The notes under the pieces: model-generated
Databases searched by the model: none
Told to the model about the DNA's origin: nothing
Seen by the model: the letters and a program-made list of their open reading frames with translations, nothing else
Assembly: GCF_004010195.1 (NCBI RefSeq)
Contig: NC_057719.1
Location: 38,678,712-38,698,711 of the forward strand
From: Chiloscyllium plagiosum
Taxonomy: Eukaryota
DNA length: 20,000 nucleotides
Direction of reading: 5' to 3'
Shown here: positions 11,044 through 20,000 of the stretch, in pieces
How the letters are laid out: each line of letters opens with the position of its first letter
How positions within the stretch are numbered: position 1 is the first letter of the stretch
Position numbers and translations under genes: made by a program

Positions 11044-11395
11044 CAGAAGAACCTCAGTTATCCGATATCAATTATCCAAATTTTAGATTATCCAAACAAG
11101 ATCTCAAGCTCCCATAAAAATGTTATTCAATAAACAGAGTTCCCATGCTGGAACCCTGCTTAAAATAAATAAAAGCACAGCGAGAGCAGGCAGCCTGGGC
11201 TGGCAGTGGGAGCAGGAACAGGGTTGCCACGGGGACCCTGTTCCTGCTATTGCCGTCGTCACGGGACCCTGTTCCTGCTATTGCCACTGACACGGGAACC
11301 CTGATTAGTTATTCGAACAATCAATTATCCAAACAAAAATCTGTGTCCCCCACCCCCACCCCCCCAATCTTGTTCGAATAATCGAGGTTGTTCTG
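11044..11395. mobile_element. Tc1/mariner-superfamily (pogo/Tigger-like) MITE
   Basis: Imperfect 22-bp TIRs: CAGAAGAACCTCAGTTATCCGA (11044-11065) versus reverse complement CAGAACAACCTCGATTATTCGA (11395-11374). TA follows the right TIR and CA precedes the left. Repeated subterminal ATTATCC(A/G)AA motifs. No ORF. Confidence 0.8.
11211..11303. repeat. 31-bp tandem repeat plus inverted copy inside the MITE
   Basis: gggaccctgttcctgctattgcc at 11232-11254 and 11263-11285, with a partial copy at 11291-11303. agcaggaacagggt (11211-11224) is the exact reverse complement of 11235-11248. Confidence 0.9.
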
Positions 11396-11399
11396 TATA

Positions 11400-12040
11400 G
11401 TGTAAAGGCTGTAACAGTCTGAAGGTGCATCGCTGCAGTGAATTGTATCTGCCTAGTACCCTCAGGGGCTGCTGGAGATGTGCACACATCTGTATTGCAT
11501 TGTCACAGCCACTGGTCCCCTTGGCCAAAAGCTTGGAGACAGGTATCCTTGACCCCAGTTCAGGTGCCCCTTCCTCACAAGGAGACAGGGTGGTGTCAAG
11601 GGGCCAGAGTTGGAAGCATACAAAAGACTCTCAGTACTTTCCACTCAGGACACTGCAGAAGTACAGGGCTGTCCATTTCCACCCTGCCCAATCCTTTTTG
11701 ACCCTTGTAAGTTCAAGCCAAAGAGAATCTACTTGCCCTTTGGCAAGGCCCTTGGCATGTCTGGCCTGGCTAGAAACAAAAACCTTAGGGGGCTGCCCAC
11801 CAAACCTCCAGGGGCTTAAGGTCAAGCAAGGTTCTTTTACCCCAGTAGCAGAACTAGGGAGTACACTAACACGGAGTGGGAGGGACAGAAAGCCAAACGT
11901 CTATCGAGGACAATTGGGTGACAGGGGTGGAAAATGCTTGTACATTTATACAGAAATGTTCCTGATGTTAACTCTCATGTGTTTGTGTAGGTTTTAAAAC
12001 CTGTTTTCACATCATCCAATAGCATTTCATAGAAATAAAT
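11400..12040 (+). mobile_element. Possible 3' end of a Harbinger Myb-like gene (low-complexity C-terminus), degenerate
   Basis: GC-richer block whose frame includes GGCPP...GSTLTRSGRDRKP, like the basic GRPP...RRSGRxRK tail I recall for such proteins. AATAAA near 12033. Weak similarity only. Confidence 0.35.
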
Positions 12041-12519
12041 GAGGCTTTGTGGATGGAGGGGGAAACAATGTGCATACATAGCATTGGAGCAAGGTGGCAT
12101 CTTTTTTCCGCTCATTTTAACATCCGTAAAATTGGTTCCCTCTGTGCACAAAGATGTAGCTGTCAGAGCTGTGCCCAGCAGTGGCTGTGCCAGGGAGATG
12201 CAATACACAGAGAAGGTTAATGTTATCGGATTGCCAGAGAGTAGGCAGCCTGGGTGCAGTACTTTGCCTGTACTCTCCCATCAAAAGCCCAATCGTCAGT
12301 ATTTGCTTCAGCCCGATCCGTCAAAGGTTGAGTCTTTTCACCTGCCCATTCTGAATGAAGGAGATGGTGAGTATTTCTCTGCCAGTGGTTTCTATCCTCA
12401 GCCTAACATACCAGTAAGTCCCAAAATATCCATATCTCCTTCCAAGGAGCCCATCTTATTAACCCCACTGGCTTCACACTTCCCCAAATTCTTAACCACT
12501 CTATTTACATTCATCTATG

Positions 12520-12680
12520 TAAAAACAATGACTGTAGATGTTGGAAATCAGATTCTGGATTAGTGGTGCTGGAAGAGCACAGCAGTTCAGGCAGCATCCG
12601 AGGAGCAGTAAAATCGACATTTCGGGCAAAAGCCCTTCATCAGGAATACAGGCAGAGAGCCTGAAGGGTGGAGAGATAAG
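12520..12680 (-). mobile_element. Short Penelope-like terminal-repeat insertion carrying a hammerhead motif
   Basis: Flanked by tctatg at 12514-12519 and 12681-12686 (6-bp TSD). Shares the 'gatgctgcctg..ctgctg...ttccagca' 3' block with the PLE ends at 1578-1764 and 2545-3243. Confidence 0.85.
12612..12648 (-). ncRNA. Minimal type I hammerhead-ribozyme-like motif
   Basis: Minus strand 12643-12616 reads CTGATGA-A-GGGC-TTTT-GCCC-GAAA-TGTC: both core boxes intact, a perfect 4-bp stem II and a GUC triplet. Stem I is weak, and the stem III palindrome reads AUGU rather than ACGU. Confidence 0.7.
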
Positions 12681-13364
12681 TCTATGCCTACTCACTTTTT
12701 CCACCCAGGTCCTGGTATATGACGTGACCATGCCTGGGGTGGATGTGAACATTCTTTGCCTTTTCTCCATTTTCCCCTCAGATCCAGGGAGCTCCTGACT
12801 GGATGACACCTTGCTCCCCTGCTCTGGCATTATGCCCTCTAAGTCATTCTTTGCCACATTGAATTCAAGTTGGCACCGGAATGTGAAGACATTTTGTGAG
12901 CTGTCTTCAGCAGATCTTATTCTTACAAGTCTTATAATCATTCTGCTCTTCTAAACCTTAATTCAGAGTCTATCAGAATTAGTGACAATGTTCTCTTAAA
13001 TCTACTTTAAGGTTTAAAGATTTTATGACCAACGAGGATTGATTAATGACACTGGAAAAGCAAGTCTAACGGAATGGCGGGCTGATCAGCTTCCCGCAAA
13101 CCCAACCTCCTCATGGAAACCCTGAAACAAGGCTTGACCAGCATGAGAGCAAGACCTGACCCAACAGTGACCCAACATCGAGGAGGCCCCACCAGACCGA
13201 TTGCAAGACCTCCGCCGGAGTGCTCATGAACGAGAATAGTGCCCACCGGAAGCACTTACCTACCTTGCCGACACTGGAATCTCAAGCCCAGAGGCTTTCC
13301 TGCCTCTTGCAGGCCTGACCTCATGGAAATCTAAAGCCAAAGACCGACCAATGGTGGAACAAGG

Positions 13365-13827
13365 AACATAGAATCATAGAGATGTACAGCATGGAAACAG
13401 ACCCTTCAGTCCAACCCGTCCATGCCGACTAGATATCTCAACCCAATCTAGTCCCACCTGCCAGCACCCGGCCCATATCCCTCCAAACTCTTCCTATTCA
13501 TNNNNNNNNNNNCTATTTATCCTATCCATGCCCCTCATAATTTTGTAAACCTCTATAAGGTCACCCCTCAGCCACCGACGCTCCAGGGAAAACAGCCCCA
13601 GCCTGTTCAGCCTTTCTCTATAGCTCAAATCCTCCAACCCTGGCAACATCCTTGTAAATCTTTCCTGAACCCTTTCAAGTTTCACAACATCTTTCCGATA
13701 GGAAGGAGACCAGAATTGCACGCAATATTCCAACAGTGGCCTAACCAATGTCCTGTACAGCTGCAACATGACCTTCCAACTCCTGTACTCAATACTCTGA
13801 CCAATAAAGGAAAGCATACCAAACGCC
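13365..13827 (-). mobile_element. Young 5'-truncated CR1 LINE 3' end, containing an assembly gap
   Basis: Stop-free LYRTLVRPLLEYCVQFWSPSYRKDVVKLERVQERFTRMLPGL...RGDLIEVYKIM. Tail tctatgattctatgtt. 6-bp TSD acaagg at 13359-13364 and 13828-13833. Confidence 0.93.
13502..13512. other. Assembly gap (11 N)
   Basis: Run of n characters. Confidence 1.
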
Positions 13828-15279
13828 ACAAGGTGATCCAACATCGAGGAGGCTGACCACACCAGCCAAAAAACTCCTAGAACACTCAAGGCTGCAACTG
13901 GTGTCCAAGACCCCATCAGGACTATGCACTTACCTCCTGGAGTAGCAGACTTCCTTCACCAACATCCGGGATTGACTAGGAGTAGCAACCTATTCGGGAA
14001 ATGTGAGAGATGGGCTAGACTTCAGGTGAGACTGAATCAGTGGATTTCAAGCCCCCTCCCCGGCATACTCCTTACAAATGTCCAAACCATTGAAAACAAG
14101 GTGGATGACCTTAAAACTAGACTTACCTTCAAAGGGAATTGAGAGACTGTGCTTGCTCTGAGCATTTGTTTAAAATAAATGTCTCTATTGGACTAATTTG
14201 CTTCTGCTGGGAACTCTGTTACGGAATAAAAATTATTCTTGTATAATATTTCCTTAGTTATCCCTTTTATATACTTTTTGAAATAATTAAACATGTCAAA
14301 TGATGATTAATCATACTTGAGAATTTTGACAAACTGTGGGATTTTGAAACTTCAATTAAATATTGTTTGAACAAAGATGTGTTTTTCTTGGTTAAACATA
14401 TCCCCCATTCTCTCAGCTTCTATTAAAATTAATGAGCAGATGGTTACCCATTCCACAGTGGAACTGTGTGACACCTCTAATTGGATAATAACACATTGTA
14501 TTGATCATGCCTACTGGGATTCAGTTCTAATAAGTAGGAGTGAAAATATATGTTATGATTTATTTTGAATACAGTATGATTATAACTATTGTTCTCCATC
14601 GAAAATAACCACTCTTAAGTGCCTTTCATGATGCTACTTGGAAAATAAGAGTTAAAAAGTCTTCTTGATTTAGTATTGCAATTCAGATGGTGTACTGTTC
14701 ATATAAAGTTGGAACAAAAATTTCAAAAACAAAGCATGTAATGATAAACGGTATAAATATAATTGTCTAACTAAAATTTTCCTTTTTCATTAACTACCTC
14801 AAGACCTAATGTGAAGATGATTTCTGTTTTCTAACATGAGAAAGGATGTCACCAGGCTGTTTCAGTTGAATAGCTGTAATTTTACTGCCAATATATTATC
14901 ATATAGCAAGTTTATTTTTGGAAAGAAACATGGTAATGTCAATGCAATGTGATTCTTAAAAGGATTGTAATTTATCATTTGATATACACACTGAATCAAT
15001 ATTACACGTACTGTTTACACACCAAAAGCCAGAACTAGTTTCATCTTCTGAATCCTGCTGTACAATGGTTGAACTATATCAGTCATGGTGAGGGATGGAG
15101 GTCATGTTGTGGTTGAAGGGAAGGGGATTAATCTCACCTTGGGCCCACATAAGTGAAGGACTAAATGAAATGGTTCTTTCTTCTGGGTCCCAAATATATC
15201 TTCTTAGGCTCAACCTGTGGTCTTTCTAAGATTATGCCACTCACTGATCAATATGCGTGTCCTTGAACACCCAGGTCAT

Positions 15280-15780
15280 CTATGATTTTAATTCTCTGCT
15301 CCATGCACACTGACTTTTTTGTCCTCAGCATCCTGTACTGTTCCAATGAAAATCAATGGAAGTTCAAGGAACAGCATCTCATCTTCTGATAAGACTATTT
15401 GCAGTCTTCTGCAGACTCAACATTGAGTTCAACAATTTCTGATCATAACCTCTGCCTCCAGTTTCTCTTGGATTTTTGGGTTTTTCTGATTTGGCAACAA
15501 CTAATCATTCTGCTTTGCCATTTAAAATGTGTCCTCTAAGCACATGATTTTTTTTCATGTCTTTACTTAACCCATCATCACACTCTCTGCCCTGCACTAT
15601 CGCCTCCTTTGCCATTTAAACTCACTAGTCTCTCGCTCTATTACATACTTTTATTCATTCCTCTTCCTCACCTTTCTCTGTCCTCGCACACAGTTTAAAC
15701 TTGTCATGTTTCTAACATTTTCAAGCTCTGATAGGTCATTGATCTGAAACGTTAGTCCGAATGTTCCCAGTCCTGCTGAC
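15280..15780 (+). mobile_element. Old Penelope-like element 3' end (GIY-YIG C-terminus plus pseudo-LTR)
   Basis: Reads FNSLLHAH.DFFVLSILYCSNENQWKFKEQHLIF*...LNIEFNNF, then a pyrimidine-rich tract and a hammerhead-like remnant CTGAT-AGGTC-ATT-GATCT-GAAACGTTA at 15728-15754. Confidence 0.78.
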
Positions 15781-16193
15781 AGAGAATCTAAAGCAACACT
15801 GCAAAATAGCACATTGGGTCAACTACCTTTTAAGTGATCTTGCTGGAGGAAGTGTCAATACAACAGAGGCTGTAGTAGGTCTTTGCTGAACAGTAAATGT
15901 ATTACTCTCACACCAGGACTGCTGAATCAGATGTAGAATCTGTTTATTTATTATAGGATTGCTCTGCTGTCAGATGAACTGTAATCATTCAGCAACTATT
16001 GTTATAGAAAGGCATAACAGAAATCCCCTCAAACTGGACCGTACAATGGCTATTCAATAGGTTCTTTTACATCCTGGGTACTTGCTTGTTAACATCTTCC
16101 TTCCTTCCCGACAGCAACTGATAGCCAATTACATTCATGAATGGACAGTTTAGCATAATATTCATGGGATTGCCAACAGCTTCCCTACTGCTC

Positions 16194-16488
16194 CAGAATC
16201 AAGAGTCACAGTTTAAGGATATGGAGTAGGCAATTTAGGGCTGAGATGAGGAGAGATTTCTTTACCCAGGGAGTTATGAGCCTGTGGAACTCTCTACCAT
16301 ACAAAGTGATTGAGGTAAAAAAAAGAATATTTTCAAGAAGGAGTTAGATTTAGTTCTTCGGGCTAAAAAGATCCAAAGATATGGAGAGTAATTGGGAACA
16401 GTGTACTGAGTTGGATGATCAGTCATGATTATATTGAGTAGCAGAGCAGACCTGGAGGGTGTGCTCCTATATTTTATGTTTCTATGTG
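16194..16488 (+). mobile_element. CR1 LINE 3' end fragment
   Basis: Reads HSLRIWSRQFRAEMRRDFFTQGVMSLWNSLP. Tail 'ttttatgtttctatgt'. Confidence 0.88.
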
Positions 16489-16526
16489 ACTAGGCCCTCC
16501 CCTCTACCACTGCAACTTGACAGGAA

Positions 16527-17069
16527 AGGTGAGACAACACTTGGAATATTGTGTCCAGTTCTGGTCGCCCTACTATAGGAAAGATACAGAGGCTTTGGAG
16601 AGGGTGCAAAGAAGGTTTACCAGGATGCTGCCTGGACTGGAGGGCTTGCCTTATGAAGAAAGGTTGAATAAGCTCGGGTTTTTCTCTCTGGAGAGAAGGA
16701 GGAAGAGAGGAGACCTGATCAAGGTGTACAAGATAATGAGTGGAATAGATAGAGTCAATAGCCAGAGACTTTTCCCCAGGGCAGGGTTGACTGGTACGAG
16801 GAGTCATAGTTTGAAGGTATTAGGAGGAACGTATAAAGGAGACGTCAGAGGTAGGCTCTTTACACAGAGAGTGGTGAATGCATGGAATGCGTTGCCAGCT
16901 GTGGTGGAAATAGAATCATTAGGAACATTTAAGTGACTGCTGGACATTCACATGGATAGCAGTGAGTTGAGGGGTGTGTTAAGTTATTATATTTTATGTT
17001 AGGAAAAAACCTCGGCAAAACATGGTGGGCCAAAGGGTCTGCCTGTGCTGTACTTTTCTATATTCTATG
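16527..17069 (+). mobile_element. 5'-truncated CR1 LINE 3' end
   Basis: ORF 16517-16936 reads VRQHLEYCVQFWSPYYRKDTEALERVQRRFTRMLPGL...FTQRVVNAWNALP. Tail 'ttctatattctatga'. Confidence 0.93.
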
Positions 17070-17166
17070 AAACCAGAGTCAGTGTCCAGCAGATGGCTGG
17101 AAGCCATCAGTGCCACCACTTAACCTGCAGCACTGACCCACTGGGATGTGAGAGCTGCAGACACAA

Positions 17167-17322
17167 GTCATAAATTCATAAAGTCCTACAGCAGGGAAAC
17201 AAACCCTTAAGTCCAACTCATCCATAATGACCAGATATCCTAGACTGATCTGGTTCCATTTGCCAGCATTTGGCCCATATCACTCTAAACCCTTTCTATT
17301 CATGTTCATATATATTCATGTA
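17167..17322 (-). mobile_element. CR1 3' UTR and tail; distal part of the CR1 split by the Rex1 insertion
   Basis: Similar to 13365-13501, and continues colinearly at 18818. Confidence 0.85.
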
Positions 17323-18817
17323 GCATTTGTTCATGGTCACTGCTGCAGATGTTAGATCGGCCTTCTTGAGAGTGAACCCATGGAAAGTGACTGGCCGATG
17401 GAATCCCAGCCATCCACTCAGATCCTGTGGGGACTAGCTGGTGGGAGTATTCACTGACATCTTCAACCTCTCCTTATTAAGATCTGAAGTCCCCCACCTG
17501 CTTCAAGAAGACCACCATCATCCAGGTGCCAATGATAAAGCATGCCCCAATGATTATTGCCTGATGGCTCTGACATCTATCATTATGAAGTCCTTCCAGA
17601 GATTAGTCATGGCTCACACCAAACCCATACTACTGAATTGCCTTGAACCTTCGCAATTCGCCTAATGATACAACAGGTCCATGGCAGACGTCATTTCCCT
17701 GTCCCCATCATCCCGGGAACATCTGGACAACAAGGATAACTACTCAGGCTCCTACTTATTGACCACAGCTCCGCCTTCAATACCATAATTTCGAATAAAC
17801 TCACCTCCAAACCCCAAAACCTCGGTCATAACTGATCTTCAATTTCCTGACCCATAGACTGCAATCAGTAAGAATTGGTGACAACATCTCCTCCATGAAA
17901 ATCCTCAACACCAATGCCCAGCAAGGCTGCCTACTCAGACCTCTACTGTACCCCTTATACACTGTGGACAAATTCCACCCAAACTCCATTCACATGTTTG
18001 CTGACCACACCATCATTGTAGGTTGGATCTCAGACGATGAGACAGAATACAGCAAAAAGATTGGTATGGTGTAAAGACAACAATCGCTCTATCAACATCA
18101 GCAAAAGGAAGGAGCTGGTCATTGACTTCTGGAAACAGAGTGGGTCTTGCCTGCATGAAGGGTGTTGAGGTGGAGATGATCGATAGCATCAAGTCATTGG
18201 AAGTGATGATTATCAACAATCTGTCCTGGGCCACCCATGTCAACGTGATGATCAGGAAAGCACAACAATGCCTCGACTTCCTCAGGAGGTTATGGAAATT
18301 CAGCATGTCCGCAAAGACTTTTATCAATTTAAGTAACTGCACCATAGAAAGCACCCTATCTGGATACAACACAGCATGGTATGGCAACTGCTCTTCCCAA
18401 GACTGTACAACACTACAGAGAGTTGTGAACACAGCACAGTCCATCACACAAACCAGCCTTTTATCCATTGACTTCATCAATATTTCCCGCTGCCTTGGGA
18501 AAGCAACTCACATAATCAAAGGTCCCACCCACCCCAGTTATACTGTCTTCCACCCTCTTCTGTCAGACAGAAGATATAAAAGTTTGAATAAATGTATAAA
18601 GAGATTCATGAATTACTTTTGAATTGACCTATCAAATGTTAATGATGACCTGTGTCTCTGCACCTTTTCTGTGGCTGTAACACTGTATTCTGCACTCCTT
18701 TCGTTTACACTAATGCATTTTGTATGGTACATTCCACCTGTAGAGAACGCAAAACAATACTTTTCAGTGTATCTCGGTACCTGTGACAACAATAAACCAA
18801 ATCAAATCAACTCAAAT
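17323..18817 (+). mobile_element. Rex1/Babar LINE, 5'-truncated, about 1.5 kb of RT region plus 3' end, frameshifted
   Basis: Contains GVFTDIFNLSLLRSEVP, NDYCLMALTSIIMKSFQRLV, IDHSSAFNTII and FADHT, plus ORF 18122-18622. (AAATC)n-like tail at 18790-18817. atgta on both sides (17318-17322 and 18818-18822). Confidence 0.9.
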
Positions 18818-19410
18818 ATGTACCCATCAAATGCCTATCAAATGTTATAATTGTACCTATCTCCACCACTTCTTCTGGCAGATCATTCCATACACGCACC
18901 ACCCTCTGCATGAAAATAGCACCCGTCCGGTACCTTTTAAATATTTCTCCTCTCATTTTAAACCTAGTTTTGGACTCCCCACTCTGGGGAAAAAAACCTT
19001 GGCTATTCACCTTATCTGTGCCCCTCATGATTTTATAAACTTCTATAAGATCATTCCTCAGCCTCTGATACTCCAAGGAAAAAAAGCGCAGCCTTTTCAG
19101 CCTATCCCTGTATTTCAAACCCTCTAATTCCAGTAACAGCCTTGTAAATCTTTTCTGAACCCTTTAAAGTTTAACAACACCTTTCCTGTAGCTGGGAGAC
19201 CAGAACTGAATGCTGTATTCCTAAAGTGGCCTCACCAATGTCGTGTATAGCCGCAACATGACATCCCAATTCTTGTAATCAATCCATCAACTAATGAAGT
19301 CAAGTATTCCAAATACCTTCTTCACTACCCTGTCTACCTGTGTCTTTACTTGCAAGAAAATATGCACCTGCATCCCGAGGTCTCTTTGTTCAGCAACACT
19401 CCCTAGGGCC
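18818..19410 (-). mobile_element. CR1 LINE ORF2 C-terminal fragment; proximal part of the split CR1
   Basis: ORF 18807-19118 reads RLRNDLIEVYKIMRGTDKV...QRVVRVWNDLPEEVVE, with upstream LVRPL*EYSIQFWSP. Confidence 0.9.
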
Positions 19411-19414
19411 CAAA

Positions 19415-19470
19415 TCCTCAGCCCTGAAGCTCTTCAACCCACATTTCCTCAGCCCTGAAGCTCTTCAACC
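19415..19470 (+). repeat. Direct duplication (25 bp, 31-bp period) at the CR1/PLE junction
   Basis: tcctcagccctgaagctcttcaacc at 19415-19439 and 19446-19470. Confidence 0.95.
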
Positions 19471-20000
19471 ATGTCCTGAAACAAACTCGGTATCACAGCC
19501 ACATTTGCTTCCTCAGTGCCTGTCTCCGTAACCAACTCACCCCACACGGACTCCGGACCACATTTAAACCAGCAGAGTTCGGACCCGAACAGGACAAACA
19601 GTACAGATTACAGATTCAAAAACACCAGCAACGGTTCTCCATCAAGATCCTCCGCTCCACGCTTGCAGCAATGCGCCGGTACCTAACCTCTCTACAGTCT
19701 GCCCTCCCTCAGCTGAGGGCCACACTCTCTCAGAATCGCAAAGGACCCACTCTGTACTACATCCTCAAGAGAATTCATACTCTCAACAAACAGTATTTCA
19801 ATTCCATCTCAAACATCAAAAACTGTAAGTACAACAAACTTTTATCTACCCACCTCCATAACCAGCGCACCTCAAACATTCCAGAAGATTTCCCTGGCCT
19901 CGGAAACACCATTAGCCATGCGGCTGATGCAGCTACCACCACGACGCTGATTGATGATGTCACTTCTGCCCCCATCATGGCCACTCCCACAACCACTTCC
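19428..20000 (+). mobile_element. N-terminal coding region of a young Penelope-like retroelement ORF, open to the window end
   Basis: No stop between the TGA at 19425-19427 and 20000: ISSALKLFNHVLKQTRYHSHICFLSACLRNQLTPHGLRTTFKP...KYNKLLS...ATPTTTS. The HxxFLxxCxxxxLxPxGL motif resembles PLE ORF N-termini. RT and GIY-YIG domains are not visible in the window. Confidence 0.65.

Larger units (their letters stand above)
13025..14160 (+). mobile_element. 5' part of a Rex1/Babar LINE (repeat-containing 5' region and start of the endonuclease ORF), interrupted by a CR1 insertion
   Basis: ORF 13924-14142 contains RLQVRL...PLPGILLTNVQTIENKVDDLKTRL, like the Rex1/Babar N-terminal PLPSILLANVxSLxNKxDEL motif, followed by a frameshifted RELRDC. 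The upstream limit is uncertain. Confidence 0.7.

Noticed and set aside
11232..11303. CRISPR-like repeat-spacer pattern
   Set aside because: Only about 2.5 copies with 8-bp spacers, inside a eukaryotic MITE, with no cas genes.
11425..12563. 190-aa and 174-aa ORFs as real CDS
   Set aside because: No recognisable domain or convincing start context, and the second ORF runs into a PLE insert.
12501..12941. 146-aa minus-strand ORF
   Set aside because: Chimeric: it reads through the TSD-flanked PLE insertion.
16519..17075. TSD around the plus-strand CR1
   Set aside because: Only 3-4 bp (gaaa) of A-rich match, which is not distinguishable from chance.

Overview
Eukaryotic, AT-rich, repeat-dense intergenic or intronic DNA with no recognisable host protein-coding exon. 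The repeat families resemble those of cartilaginous fishes, probably a shark (inference from family recognition, not a database hit). Much of the window is nested transposon debris: CR1 LINE fragments (ORF1 esterase and RT/3' ends), Rex1/Babar LINEs with (AAATC)n tails, another CR1/L2-group LINE RT fragment, tRNA-derived SINEs, a pogo/Tigger-like MITE and decayed PIF/Harbinger Myb/SANT-gene remnants. There are also at least five Penelope-like element (PLE) pieces. The most interesting signal is a set of five minimal hammerhead-ribozyme-like motifs (CTGAnGA-A-stem II-GAAA-NGTY) in PLE terminal repeats. Their stem II sequences differ but stay base-paired, and two of the PLE inserts are TSD-flanked fold-back mini-elements. 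A stop-free PLE-type reading frame, missed by the ORF track, runs off the right edge. Most ORF-track entries are antisense or out-of-frame readings of repeats. Boundaries were read by eye and are approximate unless a TSD is given.
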